Shown in pieces: positions 37,201 through 47,000 of a stretch of 64,000 nt of DNA. The stretch comes from Mobula hypostoma. Its lineage: Eukaryota. The position numbers were made by a program, and so were the translations under genes. The DNA is taken from contig NC_086107.1 in the NCBI RefSeq assembly GCF_963921235.1, positions 112,904,001 to 112,968,000 on the forward strand, in the 5' to 3' direction. Numbering within the stretch: the stretch's first letter is position 1; the number at the start of each line of letters is the position of its first letter. The notes beneath the pieces were generated by a model that was not told where the DNA came from, made no database searches, and saw only the letters and a list, made by a program, of their open reading frames with translations.

Positions 37201-39466
37201 TCATGCTGAACAGTGTGGGTGTGAGCACACAGCCCTGTTTGACGCCATTGGTGACTGGGAACGCCTCAGAGGACTCTCCGCCGTCCAGCACTCTGGCCAT
37301 CATGCCACCATGGAACTGGCGTACCCTCTGAATGACTTTGGCGGGGCAGCTGAACTTTGACATGATTCTCCACAGGCCTTGTCGGCAGCCAGTGTCGAAG
37401 GCTTTCGTAAGGTCAACAAAAGTTGTGTAGAGGTTGCGATTCTGCTCCTGACACTTCTCCTGAAGTTGGCGTGCAGCAAAAATCATGTCAATAGTCCCAT
37501 GGCCTTTGCGAGAGCCACACTGTGACTCTGGCAGCAGGCCCGGTTCCAGATGAGTGACCAGACGATTTAGCAGGACTCTTGCAAGGGTTTTTCCTGCAAT
37601 GGAGAGCAGCGAGATTCCTCGGTGATTGTCGCATACGTGTCAATTGCCCTTCCTCTTGTAGAGGTGTACGGTGGATGCATCTTTAAGTTCCTGAGGAATG
37701 GATCCTTGCTTCCAAAAAGACTGGAACAACTCAGTGAGCTTCTCTATAAGTACAGGACAACCGGATCTGTAGATCTCTGCAGGTATGGCGTCTGCCCCTG
37801 GGGCTTTGCCACTGGATAGCTGGCTGACAGCTTTCGTGACTTCGGCTACTACGGCGGGTCATCCGTGGCGCTGCTGATGTCGACCTGGGGAATCCTGTCT
37901 ATTGCCTCATCGTTAATAGATGACGGTCGGTTGAGGACGGCTTCAGAGTGTTCAGCCCATCTCTGCAGGATCTGAGCCTTCTCTGTAATGAGTTGTACCA
38001 CCTATACTCAGGAGGGGGGAACTCCCGAGAGACTGAGGTCCGTAGAGAGTGTAGAGGGCTTCATAGATTTGTTAGTTAGGGCATGAAGGGACATGGGGAG
38101 AAGGCAAGGGATTGAGGCTGAGAGGGAAAATTAGATCGGCCCTGAAATGGCAGAGCAGACTCAATGGGTCAATGTAGAATAGTACAGCACATTACAGGCC
38201 CTTCAGCCCACCATGTTGTGCTGACCCGATCAAATGGCCTAATTCTGCTCCTATATCTTATGATCTCATATCGAGGAAGGACAGTGTAACAAATGGGGAA
38301 GTGTTGAAAAAAGCCGGAATAAGGGAGCTGGTATCATCTACCAGGAAACAGCAGCCGGAACTTCTGGGACACGTACTGAGGAAAGAGAAGTCCGAACATC
38401 TTGCAGTGACAGGAAAAACTGATGGAAGAAAAAGTCGCTGTCCACTGTGCATGACAGTCATGAGTTACATCCAGGGATGGACAGGCAAAAGTTTTGAAGA
38501 GCTTATTAGGACTTCTCATATTAAAGACAGATGGAAGACCGTGATTGCCCATGACATACGACAGGGCACATTATGGTGACGATGAGTTTCAATCTAACCT
38601 TTAGAGCAGTGGTCCCCAACCTCCGGGCTGCGGACCGATACCGGGCCGTGAAACCTGCAAGGGTACAGCGGTAGCCGGGACACACCCAGCACATCTTTAA
38701 GAAAAAAGCCGAAATAAACAAGCTGATTAATTAGGTGCCGCCTGGCACGTAAATGTCAGCCCAGATCAGAGGCGATTGCCGATTGCGTAGAGCAAGTGGA
38801 ATTGGCAATCGCCTCTGATCTGGGCCAACATTTACGTGCCGGGTGGCACCTAATCAATTAGCTTGTTTATTTCTGCTTTTTCCTTAAAGATGTGCTGGAT
38901 GCGTTCCAGCCACCACTGCACGCTTCGCGGCCTGGTATCGGTCCACAGCCCGGAGGTTGGGGACCACTGCTTTAGAGGGTATGGGGGCAAAACCCACCTC
39001 TGGTGGGACTACTCACACAGAATCTACTGTAGCTGAAGCTACTCAAAGTCTCAGCAGCCCAAATGATCTCAGAGGCCTATTTATTTATTTGTTTTTTAAT
39101 TTATTGAGAGATACAGCCTGGCAACAGGCTTTTCCGGCCCAACGAGCCCCCGCCATCCAATTACACCCCCATGTGAACGATTAACCTTCCAACCCGTAAG
39201 TCTTTGGAATGTGGGAGGAAACCGAAGGACCCGGAGGAAACCTACACAGAGATGGGGAGAAGCTCCTTACGGATAGTGGTGGAACCGAACACGGGTCACT
39301 GGCGCAGTAAGAGCATTACCCTAACCAGCAGGCTTCTTACTGAGGAAGAAGTTCCGTTCACCCGGATAAACATTGAATTCACTGGAAATCAAACGTAACT
39401 TACCCAAAAGATAAGGTTGAAGATGAATAACAAGTATTTCATACACTGAAGGCAGTTTTGGCCCAT
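10224..39466 (-). CDS. TSPAN4-like: Spliced tetraspanin gene (TSPAN4-like), join of 7 exons, 714 nt / 237 aa
   Basis: Exons 39404-39466, 31816-32007, 30067-30141, 27683-27784, 25313-25441, 19478-19561 and 10224-10292 join in frame via GT-AG introns to MGQNCLQCMKYLLFIFNLIFW/LGGCGILGVGVWLVVTQGNFVTLSSSFPSLTVANFFIAVGSVIMIVGFLGCLGAVIENRCLLLT/FFVVLLIIFLLEMTVGIVFLCCQDT/INQYAKKELKKGLQFYNTSGHSDLTNGWDIVQMD/FRCCGVIRYDDWFSVLNGSKVPVSCCFKLINNCSSIPDIWWKD/PCYDKVIKWLKENIVAICIFGLCIPVLQ/ILGLIFSLVMYCQLVKADKHYS*. Four TM segments, CCG, PxSCC and a 6-Cys large loop. Exact orthology not established. Confidence 0.93.
11897..11932 (-). ncRNA. Minimal (Penelope-type) hammerhead ribozyme motif
   Basis: AGUC-CUGACGA-AGG(GUCUCGG)CCU-GAAA-CGUC-GACU: full catalytic core, stem I AGUC/GACU, stem II, loopless palindromic stem III ACGU, GUC cleavage triplet. 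Confidence 0.65.
12381..12416 (+). ncRNA. Minimal hammerhead ribozyme motif
   Basis: AGUC-CUGACGA-A-GGG(UCUCGG)CCC-GAAA-CGUC-GACC. Confidence 0.65.
12745..15735 (+). mobile_element. Long decayed CR1 LINE with ORF1 esterase, APE endonuclease and RT remnants
   Basis: IGTN..GRK...SGLLPVPRASE...NAWLRNWC (SGNH-type ORF1), LLYLNAHS...IVGITE.WL (EN), KGNYRPVSLTS...YLDFQKAF, FADDTKIGG (RT); many frameshifts; Penelope fragment inserted at about 13720-14090; (tcttatgg)n tail. Confidence 0.85.
17408..17866 (+). mobile_element. Rex1/Babar-type LINE 3' fragment, young subfamily
   Basis: RINKLIRKASDVVG...HPLH...RKSFLPVAIKLYN; (tatgac)n tail; near-identical copy at 63028-63321. Confidence 0.8.
18700..19297 (-). 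mobile_element. RTEX/RTE-group LINE 3' fragment nested in an older non-coding RTE-like repeat (about 18310-19350)
   Basis: ESILTYGCETWTL...DGCYTRMLRMAL...RPEST*; (TAG)n tail; TSD atagcagaggga 18688-18699 / atagcagatgga 19298-19309. Confidence 0.8.
19478..19561 (-). CDS. TSPAN4-like: Tetraspanin coding exon 6 (last loop Cys, start of TM4; 84 nt)
   Basis: ttccgtccacag|CCA TGC TAC ... CTA CAG|gtacag; PCYDKVIKWLKENIVAICIFGLCIPVLQ. Confidence 0.93.
19616..20120 (+). mobile_element. Tc1/mariner-like non-autonomous remnant
   Basis: Starts cactcggtggccactttattaggtaca, a fish Tc1-type TIR; internal sequence is the reverse complement of the 31190-31622 copy. Confidence 0.65.
21486..21567. repeat. Perfect inverted repeat (39-bp arms, 4-nt loop)
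   Basis: aactggcgtttcagaaatttctccagatgttcctctgtg-aaag-cacagaggaacatctggagaaatttctgaaacgccagtt. Confidence 0.95.
21529..22040 (+). mobile_element. Non-autonomous LINE-derived element, 5'-truncated (longer copy at 54484-55173)
   Basis: CpG-rich body homologous to 54600-55170, AATAAA and (taatc/taac)n tail; inserted in a Rex1 fragment. Confidence 0.65.
23520..24058 (-). mobile_element. CR1 fragment
   Basis: LQLHKTLVRPHLEN...LERVQRRFTRMLPGL. Confidence 0.75.
24059..24398 (-). mobile_element. Short non-coding RTE-derived element with 12-bp TSD
   Basis: TSD tgatctccaagt at 24047-24058 and 24399-24410; RTE-like ends (gggtcacccatgg... / ...atcatcctcgacctcgaggga). Confidence 0.65.
25313..25441 (-). 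CDS. TSPAN4-like: Tetraspanin coding exon 5 (CCG and PxSCC motifs; 129 nt)
   Basis: ttctctgcgcag|TTC CGG TGC TGT GGT ... AAA GAC|gtgagt. Confidence 0.95.
25860..26910 (+). mobile_element. CR1 3' fragment interrupted by a SINE
   Basis: LYKTLVRPNLEYCVQFWSP|...|WSPTYRKDVNKVERVQ...RRLRGDLIEVYK. Confidence 0.8.
26088..26398 (+). mobile_element. tRNA-derived SINE with 11-bp TSD
   Basis: A box TGGCCAAGTGG, B-box-like agtttgagcc; TSD tttggtcacct 26077-26087 / 26399-26409; second copy at 41962-43470. Confidence 0.85.
27683..27784 (-). CDS. TSPAN4-like: Tetraspanin coding exon 4 (large extracellular loop, helices A/B; 102 nt)
   Basis: tacccctag|ATA AAC CAG ... ATG GAT|gtaagc; INQYAKKELKKGLQFYNTSGHSDLTNGWDIVQMD. 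Confidence 0.92.
27979..29298 (-). mobile_element. Probable LTR-like repeat interrupted by CR1 fragments (about 28104-28995)
   Basis: TGTCA...TGACA ends; homologous to 30163-30530; TATA-like ctatttacac on the minus strand. Confidence 0.45.
29315..29965 (+). mobile_element. Penelope-like element fragments
   Basis: LEEQHLIFHLGSHQPDDMNI (GIY-YIG tail), pyrimidine-rich tract, degenerate cctgatgaaggg...cctgaaac motif near 29860. Confidence 0.65.
30067..30141 (-). CDS. TSPAN4-like: Tetraspanin coding exon 3 (TM3; 75 nt)
   Basis: ctttctctttctcacag|TTC TTC GTG ... GAT ACA|gtaagt; FFVVLLIIFLLEM with the intramembrane Glu typical of TM3. Not in the ORF track. Confidence 0.9.
30163..30530 (-). mobile_element. 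Second copy of the LTR-like repeat, abutting the exon 3 acceptor
   Basis: gtcaggaaa..agagaaggctt.acccaaa.gcagagcag and aaataggctgcaggtgatgag..ctattagctgggtggaga shared with the 27979-29298 copy. Confidence 0.45.
30939..31062 (-). pseudogene. 5S rRNA pseudogene or 5S-derived fragment with an inverted 5' end
   Basis: 30939-31034 is the reverse complement of the 5S body (...AAGCTAAGCAGG...GGTTAGTACTTGGATGGGAGAC...GGGAATACC); the 5S 5' end GTCTACGGCCATAC is on the plus strand from 31043. Confidence 0.85.
31190..31622 (-). mobile_element. Tc1/mariner-like non-autonomous element with both TIRs
   Basis: ctcagtggccatattattaggtacc ... aacctagtgaaatggccaatgagtg(ta): imperfect TIRs. Confidence 0.7.
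31816..32007 (-). CDS. TSPAN4-like: Tetraspanin coding exon 2 (end of TM1, small loop, TM2; 192 nt)
   Basis: tacag|CTG GGA GGA TGT ... CTT ACC|gtgagt; contains GFLGCLGAxxENxCLL tetraspanin signature. Confidence 0.95.
32263..32862. mobile_element. Candidate solo LTR (600 bp, CpG-rich)
   Basis: TGTAAGGGG...GGGGGCTACA termini; non-coding; TSD not clear. Confidence 0.4.
35008..35087. mobile_element. 80-bp hAT-type MITE
   Basis: TIRs caggggttcccaacc / ggttgggaacccctg; a partial relative lies at 19781-19835. Confidence 0.7.
36045..38070 (-). mobile_element. RTE-clade LINE, 5'-truncated, inserted in a CR1 3' fragment
   Basis: 382-aa frame MIFAARQLQEKC...FVDLTKAFD...GVKQGCVL...LFADDCAL...LLYACETW; C2H2 finger CPTC...HLRTH (36084-36290); (CAA)n tail; host CR1 at about 35930-36044 and 38070-38265. 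Confidence 0.9.
38607..38969. mobile_element. hAT (Charlie-like) palindromic MITE, 363 bp
   Basis: TIR cagtggtccccaacctccgggctg / cagcccggaggttggggaccactg, perfect 8-bp TSD ctttagag (38599-38606, 38970-38977); nearly the whole element is an inverted repeat. Confidence 0.9.
39404..39466 (-). CDS. TSPAN4-like: Tetraspanin coding exon 1 (MGQNCLQCMKYLLFIFNLIFW, 63 nt)
   Basis: Kozak ACCATGG; donor TGG|gtaagt; acceptor tctcttccctttag| at 39482 leaves 15 nt of 5' UTR, so an upstream non-coding exon is implied. Confidence 0.92.
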
Positions 39467-41069
39467 GGTGAGTTCGTTAACCTAAAGGGAAGAGAAAATA
39501 AACTGTGAAATGATGCACTTTCTCTGAGTTTCCTCCCCATCACTGATCAACCATATTTGACACACCAGGTACATAAGAAATTCCAACATAAAAAATAGAC
39601 TTGTATTTCTCTAACAGAAGAGATTCTGTAGATGCCGGAAATCCAGAAGAATACACACAGCATGCTGGAGGAACTCAGCAGGTCAGGCAGCATCTATGGA
39701 GAAGTCTGGTTCACTGGTTTATTGGCAAGACCAACGGCAGGGGAGATGCGTGGTCTCAGTTGTAGCGTGGACTAGGCCTCAAGCCTCAGTGTCGCCTGTT
39801 GCAGCCGCTGGGAGCGGAAACACCGGAGGCGGTGCGGCGTGGCGTCCATGCTGAATTGGGGGCAGGCCCCTCGGTTGGTGCTACCCTCCTGCGGTGTTCG
39901 CTCTGCGGAAGACAAGCTGGATTGAATGTGTGCGTGCGTCTGCGGACTGCAGAGGGCTCGTTCTTGCTGACAACATTCATATCCAATCTATCTGTGAGAC
40001 AGGTCCCTCTGGGACTTTGGGCTACATTATATATTTTGTGTGTGTGTGTGACTGTACGTTTACTGCTATCTTATATGTGCCTTGTGCTGTGTGTGACTGT
40101 TGGTACTGTGTTTAGGACCTTGGTCCTGGAGAAATGCTGTTTCATTTGGCTGTATTCATGGGTATTCATGTATGGATGTATGACAGTTGAACTCAAATTT
40201 GAACTTGGAACAAGCTTTGGGCACCTGAGGTAGTGTAAGGACCAATGGCCATTCAAACCTTTGTGGTGTCCCTGTTAAAGTGGTCTTCATGTACTGAGAC
40301 ATCTGCAGGGACACTGTAGAGGTTCTAGCACAGGCAAGCATGAATTTTTAGAAGTGCATTTCTCTTCTGATAAATCCATAAACAAACTTATCGAAATAGG
40401 TGCTTCCATGAACCCCTAAGAGCCAAAAGAACGTGAGCCAATAGAATTCAAAGGTCAACTGAAGGGGTAGCCAATCAGGACCAAAGCAAGCGATCGGGGG
40501 CCTATATTAATGTGAGCACTCCCAGAGAGAGAAACGCCAAGAACTGCGTGCTGAGGATGTCACGTTGACTGGTGATGAAAGGTCTGCAGAAGCTCGGCGA
40601 ACACCACAACATCAAAAAGATGTGAGGTTTAATGGGAAGGAAAGGGTGCTGGGAAGAGTGATGGCAGGAGTGTGAACGAAGGAGAACATGGAGATGAGAG
40701 CGTGTGAGGTGTGATATGGAGAGAAGGTAGGGGTGACGATGGAGAGGGTAATGTGAAGAGCAATGGGGAAAGTGTGAGGTGTGACTGTGTGTCAGTGATG
40801 GGTGGTGGTCTGCAGTACAATGAATGAAGGACCATTTGTGTAAAGTGTAAAGAGCAGCATTTGTCCTCTTTTACACATTGGATGTCATTGGGAAGGCTTT
40901 GGGAGTAAACCCTGAGGAAAATTCGGGAGCTGCTGTCCCTAAAGCAGTCCAATGTTGAGTTTAGTGCTGACTGACAACTCCTGCAACGTCACTGGTGCTA
41001 AACCGTATCGGTCTCCACTGTTCCTTTGGACTCATCAGCTGTGTGGAGAGGGGGAGTCTGCAGTATGGG

Positions 41070-41827
41070 CAACAGCTTGCTCTGCATATCGTACTGTCCT
41101 GGGCTGCGTATCAGCAGCTTGCTCTGCATATCGTACTGTCCTGGGCTGCGTATCAGCAGCTTGCTCTGCATATCGTACTGTCCTGGGCTGCGTATCAGCA
41201 GCTTGCTCTGCATATTGTACTGTCCTGGGCTGCGTATCAACAGCTTGCTCTGCATATCGTACTGTCCTGGGCTGCGTATCAGCAGCTTGCTCTGCATATC
41301 GTGCTGTCCTGGGCTGCGTATCAGCAGCTTGCTCTGCATATCGTACTGTCCTGGGCTGCGTATCAGCAGCTTGCTCTGCATATCGTACTGTCCTGGGCTG
41401 CGTATCAGCAGCTTGCTCTGCATATCGTACTGTCCTGGGCTGCGTATCAGCAGCTTGCTCTGCATATCGTACTGTCCTGGGCTGCGCATCAGCAGCTTGC
41501 TCTGCATATCGTACTGTCCTGGGCTGCGTATCAACAGCTTGCTCTGCATATCGTACTGTCCTGGGCTGCGGATCAGCAGCTTGCTCTGCATATCGTACTG
41601 TCCTGGGCTGCGTATCAGCAGCTTGCTCTGCATATCGTACTGTCCTGGGCTGCGTATCAGCAGCTTGCTCTGCATATCGTACTGTCCTGGGCTGCGTATC
41701 AGCAGCTTGCTCTGCATATCGTACTGTCCTGGGCTGCGCATCAGCAGCTTGCTCTGCATATCGTACTGTCCTGGGCTGCGTATCAACAGCTTGCTCTGCA
41801 TTTCGTACTGTCCTGGGCTGCGTATCA
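41070..41827. repeat. Minisatellite, 18 x 42 bp
   Basis: Unit cagcagcttgctctgcatatcgtactgtcctgggctgcgtat, few variant positions, no spacers. Confidence 0.97.
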
Positions 41828-41961
41828 CAGAGACAGCTACGATGCAACATCCAGGGTCCACCCCAACCAGTGGAGGCCTTGGGGTGCTGGTTTGTGTCTG
41901 TTGTGTGGGATGTTTTTCATGGATTTTATTGTGTCTTTAGAAGCAAAGTCATAGAAAAGTG

Positions 41962-43470
41962 TGTTGGTGCGTGGCCAAGTGGTTAAGGCGTTCGTCTAGT
42001 GATCTGAAGGTCATGAGTTCGAGCCTTGGCTGAGGCAGCGTGTGTGTCCTTGAGCAAGGCACTTAACCACACATTGCTCTGTGATGACACCGGTGCCAAG
42101 CTGTATGGGTCCTAATGCCCTTCCCTTGGACAACATCGGTGGACCAGGGTAAAACGGTGGATGTTGTCTATATGGACTTCAGTAAGGCCTTTGACAAGGT
42201 TCCACACGGGTTAGTTAGGAAGGTTCAATCGTTACGCATTAATATAGAAGTAGTAAAATGGATGGGAGACGCCAGAGAGTAGTGGTGGATAACTGTGTGT
42301 CAGATTGGAGGACAGTGTGTAGCGGTGTGCCTCAGGGATCTGTACTGGGTCCAATGTTGTTTGTAATATATATTAATGATCTAGATGATGGGATGGTAAA
42401 TTGGATTAGTAAGTATGCAGATGATACTAAGATAGGTGGTGTTGTGGATGATGAGGTAGGTTTTCAAAACTTGCAGAGAGATTTAGGCCAATTAGAAGAG
42501 TGGGCTGCAAGATGGCAGATGGAGTTTAATGCTGAAAAATGTGAGGTGCTACATTTTGGTAGAACTAATCAAAATAGGGCATACATGGTAAATGGTAGGG
42601 CATTAAAGAATGCTTTAGAACAGAGGGATCCAGGAATAATGGTGCATAGTTCCCTGAAGATGGAATCTCATGTGGATAGGGTGGTGAAGAAAACTTTTGG
42701 TTTGCTGGCCTTTTTTAATCAGAGCATTGAGTATAGGAGTTGGGATGTAATGTTGAATTTTCATAAGGCATTGGTAAGGCCAAATCTAGAGTATTGTGTA
42801 CAGTTCTGGTCACCAAATTATAGGAAGGATATCAATAAAATTGAGAGAGTACAGAGGAGGTTTACTAAAGTGTTGCCTGGGTTTCATCTCCTAAGTTACA
42901 GAGAAAGGTTGAACAAGTTGGGTCTTTATTCTTTGGAGCGTAGAAGGTTGAGAGGGGACTTGATAGAGGTGTTTAAAATTATGAGGGGGATTGATAGAGT
43001 TGACGTGGTTAGACTTTTTCCATTGAGAGTGGGGAAGATTCAAACAGGAGGACATGAGTTGAGAGTTAAAGGGCAAAAGTTTAGGGGTAACATGAGGGGG
43101 AACTTCTTTACTCAGAGAGTGGTAGCTGTGTGGAACGAGCTTCCAGCAGAAGTGGTTGAGGAAGGTTCGATGTTGTCGTTTAAAGTTAAATTGGATAGAT
43201 ATATGGACAGGAAAGGAATGGAGGGTTATGGGCTGAGTGCAGGTGGGTGGGACTAGGTGAGAGTAAGAGTTCGGCACGGACTAGAAGGGCTGAGATGGCC
43301 TGTTTCCGTGCTGTAATTGTTATATGGTTATATGGTCATACGGTGGCGTGGAGAGGGGAGACTTGCAGCATGGGCAACTGCTGGTCTTCCATACAACCTT
43401 GCCCAGGCCTGAGCCCTGGAAACCTTCCAAGGTGCAGATTCATGGTTTCATGAGTCTAACGAATGTCTAT
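41962..43470 (+). mobile_element. tRNA-derived SINE split by a CR1 insertion
   Basis: A box TGGCCAAGTGG, B box agttcgagcc; 41962-42142 plus 43341-43470 rebuild the 26088 SINE. Confidence 0.85.
42143..43340 (+). mobile_element. Young 5'-truncated CR1 LINE (332-aa open RT frame)
   Basis: GVPQGSVLGP...KYADDTKIGG...; (ttatatgg)n tail; short TSD cggtgg 42137-42142 / 43341-43346. Confidence 0.9.
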
Positions 43471-44025
43471 TAATAGAAAAGTACAGCACAGAAACAAGCC
43501 ATTTGGCCCCTCTAATCCATGCTGAAACCATTTAAACTGCTTACTCCCATTGACCTGCACCAAGACCGTAGCTTTCCATACCCCTACCATCCATGTAACT
43601 ATCCAAACTTCTCTTAAATATTGAAATCAAGCTCGCAGCTGACAGCTCGATCCACGCTCTCACAACACAGTAAGTGAAGGATTTTCCCCTCATGTTCCCC
43701 TCGAACATTCCACCTTTCACCCTTAACCCATGACCTCTGGTTGTCGTCCCATCCAACCTTGTGCCTGCAAGAAGACGGATCTCAAGGTTGTGCAGGGTAT
43801 ACATACTTCGTTAATAAATTTACTTTGCACCTTGACTTTGAGGAGACAGAAAGCAAAGTACGACGGAAAGAGAGACGGAGAGGCAGTAGGATTGAAAGAG
43901 TGGTGGATGATGTAGACCGTCTTATAGAAATACAGAGACTGAATCTGAGGGGTGATGGAGTGAGTGTGGGAAGAAGCCTGGGGAGAGGAGGGTAATTTTT
44001 TTAAATTTCAAAATATACTTTATTC

Positions 44026-47000
44026 TTTCTTTTTCTTTTTAAATCTTTTTATTGAGTAAGTATACAAAAAAGGTAAGCCATATAAACATTAATACAATGT
44101 TAAAGTATAATAAAATTCCAAAAGATAACAATACCAAAAAGAAAATACTACAAACAATGTAATTTAAGCATAAGAAACCAAGATAACATAATAGTATACT
44201 AGATTTTATATATATCAATGGAAAAAAAAGAAAAAAAAAAAACCCCAAAAAAAAAACCCACCGTGCAACTAACTAAAAGCAAAGCAAAGCAATGGGCTAA
44301 CTTGAAACCAAACAGAGTTAAACTTAAAATCACGTCCTCAATCCCGACCTCCATTAAAACAGTGAAGAAAAAACAAGAAGGGTAAATATTACATTAAATG
44401 AAAATATCGAATAAAAGGTCCCCAAATCTGTTCAAATTTAAATGAAGAATCATAAAGGTTACTTCTAATTTTCTCCAGATTCAAACATAAAATCGTCTGA
44501 GAAAACCAAAAAAAGGTAGTTGGAGCATTAAGCTCTTTCCAATGTTGTAAAATACATCTTTTCGCCATTAAAGTAAGAAATGCAATCATTCTACGGGCTG
44601 AAGGGGAAAGATTACTAGAAATTTTAGGTAGTCCAAAGATAGCAGTAATAGGGTGAGGAGAGATATCTATATTTAATACCTTAGAAATAATATTGAAAAT
44701 ATCTCTCCAAAAAGTTTCCAAAGTAGGGCAAGACCAAAACATATGAGTTAAAGAGGCTATCTGCCCCGAACATCTATCACAGAAAGGATTAATATGCGAG
44801 TAAAAACGCGCTAACTTATCTTTGGACATATGTGCTCTATGAACCACTTTAAATTGAATTAGGGAATGTTTAGCACAAATAGAGGAAGTATTAACTAATT
44901 GTAAAATCTGCCCCCAATCATCCACAGAAATGGTAAGCCCCAATTCCTGTTCCCAATCTACCCTAATCTTATCAAATGGAGCTTTCCTAAGTTTCATAAT
45001 AATATTATAAATCATAACCGATGCACCTTTCTGACATGGATTAAGGTTAATTATCGAATCTAAAATATATATAGGAGGAAGCATTGGAAAGGAAGTAAGT
45101 ATAGTACTTAGGAAATTTCTAACTTGTAAATATCTAAAAAAATGTATTCTTGATAAGTTATATTTATTAGATAATTGTTCAAAAGACATAAGGGAACCAT
45201 CTAAAAATAAATCCAAAAACCGTAAAATACCCTTAGTCTTCCAAGTTTGAAAAGCGCGATCCGTAAAAGAGGGAGGAAAAAATATGTTACCTAAAATAGG
45301 AATCGCTAACCCGAATTGATTAAGATCAAAAAATTTTCTGAATTGAAACCAAATGCGCAAAGCATATTTAACTATCGGGTTAGAGACCTGCTTAAGACGT
45401 TTCGAATCAAAAGGAAGAGAGGAACCTAAAATAGAACCAAGTGTATAACCCTGAACAGATTGTAATTCCAATGCTACCCATTTAGGAATAAATAGTATGT
45501 CCCGGTCAAGTAACCAAAATTTCATATGTCGAATATTAATAGCCCAATAATAAAATCTAAAGTTAGGTAATGCTAAACCTCCATCTCTCTTAGCTTTCTG
45601 TAAATGTATTTTACCCAGTCTCGGATTCTTGTTCTGCCAAATAAATGAAGAAATTTTAGAGTCAACTTTATCAAAAAAAGATTTAGGAACGAAAATTGGT
45701 AATGCCTGAAACACATATAAAAATTTTGGCAAAAAAAACATCTTAACTGCATTAATACGACCAATCAAAGTTAAATATAAGGGAAACCATTTAGATGAAA
45801 GTTGAGTAATATGGTCTATTAATGGTAAAAAGTTAGTCTTAAATAAATCTTTATGTTTACAAGTAATTTTAATCCCAAGATATGAAAAGTAATTATTAAT
45901 CAATTTAAATGGAAATTTATAATATAAGGGAAGATGTTTATTAATCGGAAAAAGTTCACTCTTACTAAGATTTAATTTATAACCTGAGAAAAGACCAAAT
46001 TGTGCTAATAACTCTAAAACAGCAGGAATGGATCTCTCAGGATTAGAAATATATAAAAGTAAATCATCAGCATAGAGTGATAATTTATGGGACTTTAATC
46101 CCCGAGTTATCCCAGTAATATTTAAAGATTCTCGAATAGCAATTGCAAGAGGTTCTAATGCAATATCAAATAATAGGGGACTAAGAGGACAGCCTTGTCG
46201 AGTACCACGAAAGAGAGGAAAAAAAGGTGAGTTTAAGGAGTTAGTACGAACCGAGGCTACAGGGGAGTAATATAACAGTTTAATCCAGGATATAAATTTC
46301 AAGCTAAAATTAAACATTTCAAGCACCTTAAATAAATAAGGCCATTCTACTCTATCAAAAGCTTTCTCGGCATCTAAAGAAATAACACACTCAGGAACAT
46401 TTTGTGAGGGAGTATAAACGATATTTAACAATGTACGAATATTATAAAAAGAGTAACGACCTTTAATAAAACCCGTTTGGTCTTCCGAAATAATAGAAGG
46501 AAGTACTTTTTCTAGTCTATTCGCTAATAACTTAGAAAAAACTTTAGAATCAACATTTAATAAAGATATTGGTCTATAAGATGCACATTGAGCAGGGTCT
46601 TTATCCTTCTTTAGTATTAAAGAAATTGATGCTCTATTAAAAGATTCCGGAAGTTTACCAAGTTTCAAAGAAGCCTCAAAAACCTTATAGAGCCAAGGAA
46701 TCAATAAAGAAGCAAAACATTTATAAAATTCAACGGTAAACCCATCAGGGCCAGGAGCTTTCCCCAGATTCATAGAAAAAATAACATTCTTAATCTCATC
46801 CATTGTAATGGAAGTATCTAATAAAGAAGACATATCCTGTGAAATCAGAGGGAAGTCTAACTTATCTAAAAAATCATTCATATATTTAGAATCTCGAGGA
46901 GACTCTGATTGGTATAAAGAAGAATAAAAATCACAAAAGGTTTGATTAATCCCCACATGATCCAATATCAATCGATCATTTTGGTTATAAATCTGATTGA

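Noticed and set aside
41070..41827. CRISPR-like array, or a repeat protein (ORFs of 271-344 aa in five frames)
   Set aside because: Units are contiguous with no spacers and there are no cas genes. The 42-bp unit is a multiple of 3 and lacks stops in five frames, which explains the ORFs. The unit derives from a non-coding repeat.
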